The notes beneath the pieces were generated by a model, which had not been told where the DNA came from, searched no databases, and worked only from the letters and a program-made list of their open reading frames with translations. Positions 1-7,015 of a stretch of DNA of 18,205 bases are shown one piece after another (within the stretch, counting starts at the first letter, position 1; every line of letters begins with the position of its first letter). A program made the translations under genes and the position numbers. The stretch is from a virus: IMG/VR virus record IMGVR_UViG_3300033405_000009, one strand, 5' to 3'.

Positions 1-236
1 AGCTAGAATCTCTTTGACTTTTTTAGTCGCAGAAACTCGGGCTCCATCCCAGCCTTCCCCGTAAATCCAATGTGTAGAATCCCTGACAAAATCATGCAGG
101 CTCCACATCGTGTCGATATTGGGCTTTTCACTAGTTTTGTATAAAACAAAACGGTTTTCGTGGTCTTTCACTGCGGCAACCTCCACAGGAATAGTTTTCT
201 TCCCCTGTGGCGCCTCGCTTTTAATCCAAATAATAT

Positions 237-419
237 TCATGGCGGTCCCGGGTCCTTACCACCGAGCTCGATGATTTGCTTACGCCAATCTCGCGCTTTG
301 TTGAGAAGCTCGGTGCTTCGAGTTTGCACCTCGGTCAAATTCCGATTGAGTGCATAGTTTTCCGTCAGAACTGCCGTGAGCAACTCTGGAAGCGACATGT
401 CAGCCCATTCTTTGCGCAT
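237..419 (-). CDS. small hypothetical protein (60 aa); ends at TGA and the frame stays open downstream to about position 24 if TGA is read as sense
   Basis: ORF track only; no recognisable motif; low coding confidence. Confidence 0.2.
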   Translation of the reverse strand: MRKEWADMSLPELLTAVLTENYALNRNLTEVQTRSTELLNKARDWRKQIIELGGKDPGPP

Positions 420-434
420 GGGCGACAGTACAGC

Positions 435-629
435 TTATGACTCCATGATTTTTCGAACTAGTTCGAGATCACAATCCGGGCGATTGTGAGTTACTCCCTT
501 TCGGGAGTCGAACATTCCTGTACCGCAGCGCAGACAAGGCGCGAGATAGAAAATCGCTCCGTCGATTTCCCTCATCGGGGCCTTCTCCACTGTGATTTTG
601 AAGCTCGGGAATTTGACCCGTTCGATCAT
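435..629 (-). CDS. small hypothetical protein with CxxC (CLRCGTG), possible zinc-ribbon
   Basis: 64-aa ORF, TAA stop, Cys pair; no family recognised. Confidence 0.25.
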   Translation of the reverse strand: MIERVKFPSFKITVEKAPMREIDGAIFYLAPCLRCGTGMFDSRKGVTHNRPDCDLELVRKIMES

Positions 630-815
630 GAATTTCCAAGGCCCAAGGGCCTAGCTCTTCATCGGATTCTGTCTCGAGGGTCCTCATACCTGTCCTGAAT
701 ATGCCTTTTCACAGAGGCTTTCTCTTCATTCACCCCATTAGCCTTCCACGGCTTGCACATCAAGCAGCCGGCACGACTCTTCTTAGGGCGTCGTCGTTTA
801 TGATGCATTGAAACT

Positions 816-860
816 CTCCTTGAACAGAGCCGGCGCAACCGGCTCGGACATGTTCAAGGA
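816..860 (-). terminator. long nested hairpin downstream of the tmRNA 3' end (possible ssrA terminator or processing structure)
   Basis: Inverted repeat ctccttgaaca ... tgttcaaggag (816-826 / 850-860) enclosing an inner perfect 7-bp stem gagccgg-cgcaa-ccggctc (828-846). About 30 nt downstream of the tmRNA 3' end on the minus strand. No strong U-tract follows. Confidence 0.35.
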
Positions 861-890
861 GAGTGAATTGTTCATCTGTTTTATGGTTAG

Positions 891-1240
891 TGGAGAAGCG
901 GGGAATCGAACCCCGGTCCGCGAAACGCCCGATTCGTCTTCTTTCACGTGCGTAGTCGTCATATCCCTGACGACTGAGTTCGCAGATTCGGCTGCGACCT
1001 AGATGACCTGTGGATCTCGATCCTTTCGCCGGTCAACCCGCGTCGGATCCAGCCCTGGTGGTTCATGCCCGGAGATCAGGTACTAGGACGATCTTCCTGC
1101 CGGACAGCTTCACGGTTTCTTAGGCCGCGAGGCGCGCTGCGTTGTCGTTCGCAATTGGACGGCCCATTTGGTTGTGGCGGGACGGGCGCCGCCTGCACGC
1201 AGACTAAATCTTCCTTTCCACGTCGAAACCGATCTTCCCC
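891..1240 (-). ncRNA. ssrA: tmRNA (SsrA), about 350 nt; tag reading frame GCG AAC GAC AAC GCA GCG CGC CTC GCG GCC TAA = ANDNAARLAA*
   Basis: Minus-strand 5' end GGGGAAGATCGGTTTCGACG matches the tmRNA 5' consensus (GGGG...TTCGACG). The 3' end GGACCGGGGTTCGATTCCCCGCTTCTCCA is a tRNA-like T-arm plus acceptor strand CTTCTCC that pairs with the 5' GGGGAAG. An internal short ORF ends in the canonical ...LAA tag followed by TAA. CCA is not fully encoded (sequence continues ...A CTA). Confidence 0.85.
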
Positions 1241-1466
1241 AAGGTGGGACCATCTGAACATTACAACAGAAGCCTAGGATTCCATGATTAGACGTACGAG
1301 AGCTTCGTCACAACTTTCGTCGGGCGGAGTCGAGGCTTCTAACCCGCACTTATCACATCGGAATTTGGTGGAATTAATCTGTTCCCATTCATGTGATATG
1401 TCCATCATGAATGTGATCTTGGTGAGATCGTGAGCGAGGCGTCCGAAATCCACCTTGAGTTTTACA

Positions 1467-2030
1467 TTAGGCAGCAGCCGGTGGGGGAGCGTAATACTTG
1501 TTTACGAGCTCCATGAACTGAGTCATGGGGAAACTTGGTCCAGGGTCTGTGTGGGTAGTCTCATGATATTTCGCAGAAATTGCAGCATGCGTAGTAATTC
1601 CACATGCAGAATCATCGAGGTCACTTGCCTCAAGAACAGTAGTCGGAAGACCGTTACGAGTGCAGATATCTGCAACCAGTTGAGCACATAAATCGAGCAT
1701 TTGCATATCATTCAACCACTGCTCAGTTGTGTCTCTGGCATATCCGGACATTTCAATATGAATTCCGTGGAGATTGCCAATAGGTCCTGCAGCCCACGCA
1801 GCATCCTTCTCATCTACACACTGGACGATCTCATCGACGTCGACAGTGTAATGGGCTGAGACTTTTGAACTTGCGGCTGCGAACATGTTTGCCACGTTCT
1901 TAGCAGTTACAGTGCTCTCAGTCGCTTCTTCATCATGAAGTACCACCCAGAGTATTTGACGGCCTCCTACGGGGTAGGAATGAATGTTAGGGGACGTAAC
2001 TTGAGAAGTAGCTAGGCTTGATCCGTTCAT
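1467..2030 (-). CDS. N-acetylmuramoyl-L-alanine amidase, Amidase_2 / PGRP / T7-lysozyme fold (AmpD-like or endolysin-like)
   Basis: 187-aa ORF, ATG start, TAA stop. Motifs HYTVDVDEIVQCV...AWAAGP...HGIHIEMSG and ...GITTHAAIS...THTDPGPSFP resemble the zinc-amidase_2 signature. Confidence 0.6.
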   Translation of the reverse strand: MNGSSLATSQVTSPNIHSYPVGGRQILWVVLHDEEATESTVTAKNVANMFAAASSKVSAHYTVDVDEIVQCVDEKDAAWAAGPIGNLHGIHIEMSGYARDTTEQWLNDMQMLDLCAQLVADICTRNGLPTTVLEASDLDDSACGITTHAAISAKYHETTHTDPGPSFPMTQFMELVNKYYAPPPAAA

Positions 2031-2070
2031 CGACCTAAGATGAGATGAAGGATCTATTGTATGCTCTCCT

Positions 2071-2403
2071 ATGGGAGAGTTTTGCTATTCCACGGTCAAC
2101 AGTCCTCCGACCCCGAAACAGATGGAAGAAGATCTCATCCGCCTCAACACCGAGATCTTCGGCACCAAATACATCATCAAGAAAATTGATGGTGTCAACT
2201 GGGGCTGGAAATGGTGCTTTATGCTCCCACCAGAATCAGGTTGGACTGATGCAGCCTTCTCTGTGGTTCTATTGCGGGACAAACGAATGGAGTTTAAAGT
2301 CCCGAGATCACAATGGGATGAATATTGGGAGGACCAACAGAAAATCCGCCGTAAACTTGTTCGTCTTTATGGCGGTGCCAAAAGTAAGAAACAGCGCCCC
2401 TGA
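2071..2403 (+). CDS. hypothetical protein (alternative ATG at 2122); 3' end overlaps tRNA1 by 8 nt, convergent
   Basis: 110-aa ORF with globular-looking composition (KYIIKKIDGVNWGWKWCFMLPPESGWTD...). One of very few plus-strand genes in the window. Confidence 0.4.
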   Translation: MGEFCYSTVNSPPTPKQMEEDLIRLNTEIFGTKYIIKKIDGVNWGWKWCFMLPPESGWTDAAFSVVLLRDKRMEFKVPRSQWDEYWEDQQKIRRKLVRLYGGAKSKKQRP

Positions 2404-2467
2404 CAGGATTCGAACCTGCGTCCCCGATTTTGAAGATCAGAGCTCGACCGTTGAGACTTACAGGGGC
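2396..2467 (-). tRNA. tRNA with anticodon UCA (UGA-decoding suppressor or Trp(UCA)-like); discriminator G; CCA not encoded
   Basis: Reverse complement GCCCCTGTAAGTCTCAACGGTCGAGCTCTGATCTTCAAAATCGGGGACGCAGGTTCGAATCCTGTCAGGGGC. Acceptor is 7 bp GCCCCTG/CAGGGGC. T-arm is GCAGG-TTCGAAT-CCTGT. Anticodon arm is CTGAT-CTTCAAA-ATCGG, giving anticodon 34-36 = UCA. The D-arm is irregular: a 3-bp CTC/GAG stem with a GG-containing loop. Confidence 0.65.
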
Positions 2468-2486
2468 ATGGATTCTATCGAAAGTG

Positions 2487-2816
2487 CTATTTATCTTTGA
2501 AATCTTCGATTAAGAAAATTCGTCGTCCAGATGCCTGATAATCGATGTTTCGACGAAGAGGTGGAGCTTTTGCTTCTCCACGAAAAACCTCCATTGTGTG
2601 ATCCCGACAAAGGACACTCTCTTTATCTGGGACGGCCCATCTCATCTCAGTGCAATAAGAACGCATGCATTTGATGGTAGACTCGATAGTAGGCCCTGCT
2701 TCTAGCGCTTTTTGAAGCTCTTCCATTTGAGCCTTTGCGAGCACTTCTCTTTGTTCACGAGCCACTTTAGGGTCGAAATCTAGAAAACGCTGGATAATCT
2801 TTTCTTTATCTTCCAT
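2487..2816 (-). CDS. hypothetical protein (109 aa) lying between the two UCA tRNAs; its ATG starts 1 nt after the encoded CCA of the upstream tRNA
   Basis: ORF with ATG start (cat at 2814-2816) and TAG stop. Contains Cys/His (CMRSYCTE...CRDH). No family recognised. Confidence 0.45.
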   Translation of the reverse strand: MEDKEKIIQRFLDFDPKVAREQREVLAKAQMEELQKALEAGPTIESTIKCMRSYCTEMRWAVPDKESVLCRDHTMEVFRGEAKAPPLRRNIDYQASGRRIFLIEDFKDK

Positions 2817-2891
2817 TGGTGGTTCCGAAGGGGTTCGAACCCTCGTAGGGCGATTTTGAAAATCGCTGCCTGACCACTAGGCTACGGAACC
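2817..2891 (-). tRNA. tRNA with anticodon UCA (UGA-decoding), canonical cloverleaf, discriminator A, CCA encoded
   Basis: Reverse complement GGTTCCG-TA-GCCT-AGTGGTC-AGGC-A-GCGAT-TTTCAAA-ATCGC-CCTAC-GAGGG-TTCGAAC-CCCTT-CGGAACC-A-CCA. Every stem pairs. U33 and A37 are present, and anticodon 34-36 = UCA. The T-arm is palindromic (GGTTCGAACC), but only the minus-strand orientation gives a cloverleaf. Confidence 0.8.
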
Positions 2892-2897
2892 GAAAAC

Positions 2898-3878
2898 TTA
2901 ATGAAGTTCCCATGGCGGTGGACCATCCATATCATACAAGAACCCGACTTCCCAAACCTCATTCACAGGTGGATACTTGCTTTCGTAACGAAATTCGTGC
3001 GTTGTTCCACATTTTGTTCCTTCTTTCGCCAAATATTTGATGATTGAAACAACGTTCGCTCCACCTTGACCTGACTGGACGAGTTTCCGATAAGTGGCGG
3101 TTTTGATTCGCCCAATCTTGTGGAATTTGCGCTGGGCTTCTTCGCCGCCCTTGAGGAGAACATTGTAATCAACTTTCTCGTAAACTTGTTCGGCGCCCTC
3201 GAAGATGACTGTCAATTTCATCCTTTTTCCGGGGTCCACTTCGGTGATCTCGGTCTTGATTCCGACCCCGAATCCGTATGGATTCTTGAAGGTCAGATCC
3301 ACCGAATAGCAATTAGGATTTTTCCGATTGTGCGCGTTTTCTCGATGGTTTCCATTGCACTCGACTGGATAAGCCACCGTCGCATCCATCCCTTTCGGGA
3401 TATACTTGATCATTCGTGTGTGCGGTTGGCGCGAAGTGATTTCCATCCCGCTCATTAACGCGGCTGCATGAAGAGTGGAGCTTACTTGACAGACCCCGCC
3501 GCCGATTCCGGGCGTCATTTCTCCCATAAAAATGACTGGCGCGTCGATGAATCCATTCTCTGCTACGCGAGGCCCGACTACATCATTAAAACTGAACTCT
3601 TGTTGTGGATCCAACACAGTTCGAAGCTTAGTAGCAGCGAGCTCGATGTTGGTAGCTCTCGCGTTTACGTCATATTCGGTTGAATACCGACCTAACTCAG
3701 GGCTTGGACGGTGATCCGGCGGGGGAAGCCTCTCTTGTTCACTCTTGAGTACGGAGATGCCTGGTGAAATCTCCACCATCTCCGGCGGAGGTTCCGCAGA
3801 CTTCTCAGGTGGAGGCGTCGGAGGTGCTGGCCTCGAACAGGCAACCACTAAGAACAAGAGGAAAGTAAAACGCTTCAT
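2898..3878 (-). CDS. VanW-domain lipoprotein
   Basis: 326 aa. Signal peptide MKRFTFLLFLVVAC with lipobox VVAC, followed by a Pro-rich linker. Carries the VanW signature GGGVCQVSSTLHAAAL. The ATG overlaps the pyrE TGA stop (ATGA). Confidence 0.6.
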   Translation of the reverse strand: MKRFTFLLFLVVACSRPAPPTPPPEKSAEPPPEMVEISPGISVLKSEQERLPPPDHRPSPELGRYSTEYDVNARATNIELAATKLRTVLDPQQEFSFNDVVGPRVAENGFIDAPVIFMGEMTPGIGGGVCQVSSTLHAAALMSGMEITSRQPHTRMIKYIPKGMDATVAYPVECNGNHRENAHNRKNPNCYSVDLTFKNPYGFGVGIKTEITEVDPGKRMKLTVIFEGAEQVYEKVDYNVLLKGGEEAQRKFHKIGRIKTATYRKLVQSGQGGANVVSIIKYLAKEGTKCGTTHEFRYESKYPPVNEVWEVGFLYDMDGPPPWELH

Positions 3879-4444
3879 TCCAAGAACTGCTCTTTCGTGT
3901 AGATGGCAATAGCTTCGATTCCGGCAGCTTTGAATGCCTCATCGGCGCCTTCATTACGATTTACAAGCCCCACAACCCCAAGCACCTCGAAGCCTTCATT
4001 TTTCAAGGTTTGGATCGCACGGAGTGAAGAACCGCCCGTGGTAAATACATCCTCAAGAAGGACTACGGGAGTACCAGCAGGAAGAGATCCCTTGCCTTCT
4101 ACAAGAGCGCCCGTCCCATGGTCCTTCTTGGCTTTCCGCACATAGAGGGCGGGCAAATCTTGGATTTCACTCACGGCACTCAAAAGAGATACCGCGCTGG
4201 CTAGAGGACAACCACCAAGTTCGACACCAGCTACGGCTTTAGCATCTGGGAAATTTGACGCGACCGCCTCCAGCATGACCTGTCCGGCCCACAAATGGCC
4301 TGTGGCGTCCAAAATAGCCTGTTTGCAGTCGATGAAGAAATCGCTTTCTTTGCCGGAAGCCAGAGTAAACTTCCCGAAACGGACCGATTTGGTCCGAAGT
4401 AGACGAGCGAGGTCCTTGTGCGGATCGGAGCCTAGGTGAATCAT
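3875..4444 (-). CDS. pyrE: orotate phosphoribosyltransferase
   Basis: 189 aa. FGKFTLASGKESDFFIDCK and the PRPP-binding motif VVLLEDVFTTGGS match OPRTase. TGA stop. Confidence 0.85.
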   Translation of the reverse strand: MIHLGSDPHKDLARLLRTKSVRFGKFTLASGKESDFFIDCKQAILDATGHLWAGQVMLEAVASNFPDAKAVAGVELGGCPLASAVSLLSAVSEIQDLPALYVRKAKKDHGTGALVEGKGSLPAGTPVVLLEDVFTTGGSSLRAIQTLKNEGFEVLGVVGLVNRNEGADEAFKAAGIEAIAIYTKEQFLE

Positions 4445-4452
4445 GGCTTACG

Positions 4453-4845
4453 TTACAGTAGGCGTCTTTGCATGAGATCGACTAATCGCATGACCATTTC
4501 TTCGTCGATATCATCACGTGGTTCCAACGGCTTGTAAGATTGCTCGTGTGGAAGTCCGAAATAAATATCGCAAATTCGGACTAGCGGAAGGCTTCCTACG
4601 GAATAGACATCAAGGATGGAACCTCGACATCTCGCTTTCGTCGCCGGGATTAACAGCCAGGAATGATCGGCCATCCCATGGTGACCGTCTTGGACCTCCA
4701 GGCCTAAGATGACTCCAACAGCCCGAGTGAGTTCGTGACAACGTAGCCCGGGAATTTCAGGGAGAGACTCCACGAGAACCCGAGCTACGCCGTACAACGC
4801 TTGTTCTTTCTTGGTGAAGACGTTGGTTACGCTATATCCTCTCAC
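4453..4845 (-). CDS. hypothetical protein (130 aa, GTG start as called)
   Basis: ORF only; TAA stop; no motif recognised. Confidence 0.35.
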   Translation of the reverse strand: MRGYSVTNVFTKKEQALYGVARVLVESLPEIPGLRCHELTRAVGVILGLEVQDGHHGMADHSWLLIPATKARCRGSILDVYSVGSLPLVRICDIYFGLPHEQSYKPLEPRDDIDEEMVMRLVDLMQRRLL

Positions 4846-4854
4846 ACGGTCAGC

Positions 4855-5193
4855 TTACGCCGACATGGACTCAGTTTCCGGCAACGCTAAACCAAGTCCT
4901 CGACACAACCGCCTAGATCGATCCCCTGGCTCGAGAGTAATCGCCGTCAACGCGTTGTTCATGTCAGGCTCTCGGAATTGAGAAATTTGAAGTCCTCGTT
5001 CCTCAGCCTTTTTCACGAGCATTCAAAGCTCGCGCTCGTCACGAACCGCGAGCATGGCGATGTAATTCGAGTTGCGGTACCAATCCATCCAGTCCGGATG
5101 CTCCGCTGCGTACGCCAGCGCTGCATGGATCGATTGCACTGCCTGATCCCCATCCGGAAGATCCGAACGAGTGATGACATACAACTTTTCCAT
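4855..5193 (-). CDS. PTH2-family peptidyl-tRNA hydrolase-like protein interrupted by an in-frame TGA at 5023-5025 (needs UGA readthrough); alternative start GTG at 5229
   Basis: Upstream part KLYVITRSDLPDGDQAVQSIHAALAYA...IAMLAVRDEREL resembles the PTH2 N-terminal half ([25 protein letters not shown]...). Directly after the TGA the same frame continues MLVKKAEERGLQISQFREPDMNNALTAITLEPGD and matches the PTH2 C-terminal half (...AEELGL...DAGRTQIAPGS.TVLAIGPGP). The ORF ends at TAA 4855-4857. Alignment was done from memory. Confidence 0.45.
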
Positions 5194-5197
5194 GAGT

Positions 5198-5614
5198 TTA
5201 GACCGTCGCTGCGACCATAGCCGCCTCACGTGGATAAGGAGCCTTCGGCCTCGGAGGAGGCGCCGAAATGGCCCCGGAGGGGTCCTGGAGCCAGCTCACG
5301 ATCTGCTCTTTCTTCAAGTCAGGCAAATGCTTCTGCAAGAGCTTGAAGAGGTAATCCGGGTAGGGCATGTTGTGTTCGAAATGCCACACATCCCCAACCT
5401 TTCGGATACTCACAGTGCCGACAGTGGACCAATAAGCGCCGTCCAATGCCTGCATGTGATGCGATCGTTCGATGCGCCTATACTTGAAACCCCTGATGTA
5501 ACCCCAAGCGAGATTACGATAGCGGTCTCCGTGTGAGCGATCTTCACGAATCGCGTTATGAAGCGCCTTTACCCGAGCGCGTTCGACGCGCTGTTCATCC
5601 GTCATCTGATACAT
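5198..5614 (-). CDS. hypothetical protein (138 aa)
   Basis: ORF with ATG start and TAA stop; basic and aromatic-rich; no family recognised. Confidence 0.4.
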   Translation of the reverse strand: MYQMTDEQRVERARVKALHNAIREDRSHGDRYRNLAWGYIRGFKYRRIERSHHMQALDGAYWSTVGTVSIRKVGDVWHFEHNMPYPDYLFKLLQKHLPDLKKEQIVSWLQDPSGAISAPPPRPKAPYPREAAMVAATV

Positions 5615-5759
5615 GGTAACTCTCCTGGTAAATGGTAAACGTCGTTGCGAAATTGGGAACGACGGACACCAGGAGGTCCACGGATGCAGTTAATTCAGAG
5701 GTGGTGCTTCATGATTCAACCATCATAACCGTTGTTGCTGCAGCTGTCAAGTTCGGGGT

Positions 5760-5832
5760 GCGCCGAGTCAGATTCGAACTGACACGTGCCCGCTTATGAG
5801 ACGGGGGCTCTGACCGATTGAGCTATCGGCGC
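5760..5832 (-). tRNA. tRNA-Met (anticodon CAU; elongator Met or Ile2-type cannot be distinguished)
   Basis: Reverse complement GCGCCGA-TA-GCTC-AATCGGTCA-GAGC-C-CCCGT-CTCATAA-GCGGG-CACGT-GTCAG-TTCGAAT-CTGAC-TCGGCGC. All arms are canonical. No C1:A72 mismatch or 3 GC anticodon-stem signature of initiators. CCA not encoded. Confidence 0.8.
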
Positions 5833-5841
5833 AGTATGTTG

Positions 5842-5913
5842 TCCGCCGCCCGGGAGTTGAACCCGACCACAAAGTTTATAGGACTTCGTAGCTCAACCGG
5901 AGCGTTGCGGCGG
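5842..5913 (-). tRNA. tRNA-like gene with apparent anticodon UAU (Ile, AUA-reading) but atypical C33 and a short D-loop; possibly aberrant or a pseudo-tRNA
   Basis: Reverse complement CCGCCGC-AA-C-GCTC-CGGTT-GAGC-TAC-GAAGT-CCTATAA-ACTTT-GTGG-TCGGG-TTCAACT-CCCGG-GCGGCGG. The 7-bp acceptor and T-arm are good. The anticodon loop CCUAUAA lacks the conserved U33. Confidence 0.45.
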
Positions 5914-5985
5914 GGATTTCGGATTTCTCCGATATATGTATCCTCCGCCGCATGGTTTTATGACCTCCGATTGACCTGATGTTGA

Positions 5986-6933
5986 TCAAGTGAGTTCTCG
6001 TACTCGTCGGACAATTTTGCGTACCCGCCATGGACGTAGCATCCCAACGACTCCGAGTTTTACAGCGGATACTCCGAGCCTCGTTAGAATCTCAGCGGCT
6101 TCCACCGACATTACCCCACCACCTACGATTAGGGGTTTCTTGAGCTTAGCCATTTTAGCTCTTTGAGCGATCTCAAGTACTAATGGAAAGATTGGATTCC
6201 CTGACATTCCACCACCCCCAATATGGGATAACGGAGAAGCAGACTGTCCCCAAATCTGATTCCAATTGATCTTATGGGATAGATTTCCCCATTTCAGTGT
6301 GTTGGAAACTGAAACTGCATCGCAAGCTGGGTGATTCATGACTTCCCGGATGATCTCCACTGAAATATCAGGTCCGAAGTTGGGGACGAGAGGGATTCCC
6401 AGAACCTTGGCAATGTCCAAAGCTCCACCAGCTTCTTCCGCAAGTTCGGACGTTGAAAGTCCAACATTCGGGCAAGAGAAATTCATTTCTAAAGCGAATG
6501 GACTTTTGAACTCCGGAATGTGAGGTTTGAGCATCTCGACGAAACTGTGAAGTTCCATCATTCTGTGGACGAGAGATGAATCCACGCTCATGAATGAGAT
6601 GAGGAACGGTCTCTCTCGAGCTTGCCATTTACCGCTCATGAGCAACGCATGAGCCCCAGGACCGCTTAATCCCACAGCATTTAGAACGGCCCCCTGAAGG
6701 AACTTAACCTTTATGCAAGAAGGGAGAAGGTCTTTCGGAGAGACTCCATCTGCCTCAAGAGGCATGTTCCCCGCACGGGGGTGGAGGGTCGTGGTTTTAG
6801 CAACGAAGGTGGCCCCTTCATAGTCAAGGCCGAATGGCTTCATTAGCCTATGATACCAATATCCATCTCCGTAAAACCCGAGGGAACCGGATGAGCACCA
6901 AACTGATCCGTATTCCGTCCCTCGTAACTTCAC
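5986..6933 (-). CDS. pyrD: dihydroorotate dehydrogenase, class 1 (active-site Cys)
   Basis: 315 aa. Motifs EMNFSCPNV, GGGGMSGNPIFPLVLEIAQRA and LIVGGGVMSVEAAEILTRLGVSAV. TGA stop. The GTG start as called is uncertain. Confidence 0.75.
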   Translation of the reverse strand: MKLRGTEYGSVWCSSGSLGFYGDGYWYHRLMKPFGLDYEGATFVAKTTTLHPRAGNMPLEADGVSPKDLLPSCIKVKFLQGAVLNAVGLSGPGAHALLMSGKWQARERPFLISFMSVDSSLVHRMMELHSFVEMLKPHIPEFKSPFALEMNFSCPNVGLSTSELAEEAGGALDIAKVLGIPLVPNFGPDISVEIIREVMNHPACDAVSVSNTLKWGNLSHKINWNQIWGQSASPLSHIGGGGMSGNPIFPLVLEIAQRAKMAKLKKPLIVGGGVMSVEAAEILTRLGVSAVKLGVVGMLRPWRVRKIVRRVRELT

Positions 6934-7015
6934 ATTTCACCTTCTAAAACCGGCCCTGTGCGGCATCGTAACCAGGATAGCGGTCCCTCATCGGTTCCAC
7001 CTGGACTAGGTAGAG

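Noticed and set aside
808-1277. Short ORFs 808-1002, 1065-1277, 1076-1261
   Set aside because: They lie entirely within the tmRNA gene. The structured RNA sequence produces spurious ORFs.
2045-2500. 151-aa plus-strand ORF overlapping tRNA1
   Set aside because: Ser/Arg/Pro-rich, non-globular, and runs through the tRNA gene. The overlapping 2071-2403 frame is more protein-like.
2396-2891. Selenocysteine tRNA (selC) interpretation of the UCA anticodons
   Set aside because: Both tRNAs are 72-75 nt with 7-bp acceptor stems and 4-5-nt variable loops. tRNA-Sec is about 90-95 nt with an 8+5 or 9+4 acceptor/T architecture and a long variable arm.
2817-2891. Plus-strand orientation for the tRNA, because the T-arm GGTTCGAACC is palindromic
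   Set aside because: Only the minus-strand reading gives an acceptor stem, D-arm, anticodon arm and encoded CCA. The plus-strand flanks do not pair.
3120-3458. Plus-strand ORFs 3120-3458 and 3468-3714 inside the VanW gene
   Set aside because: Antisense shadows of a gene with a clear domain signature.
5640-5662. Hairpin gtcgtt-gcgaaattggg-aacgac upstream of gene 5198-5614
   Set aside because: 6-bp stem with no flanking U-tract on either strand. It lies in the leader between the tRNA pair and the next gene. Possibly a processing site, but the evidence is insufficient.
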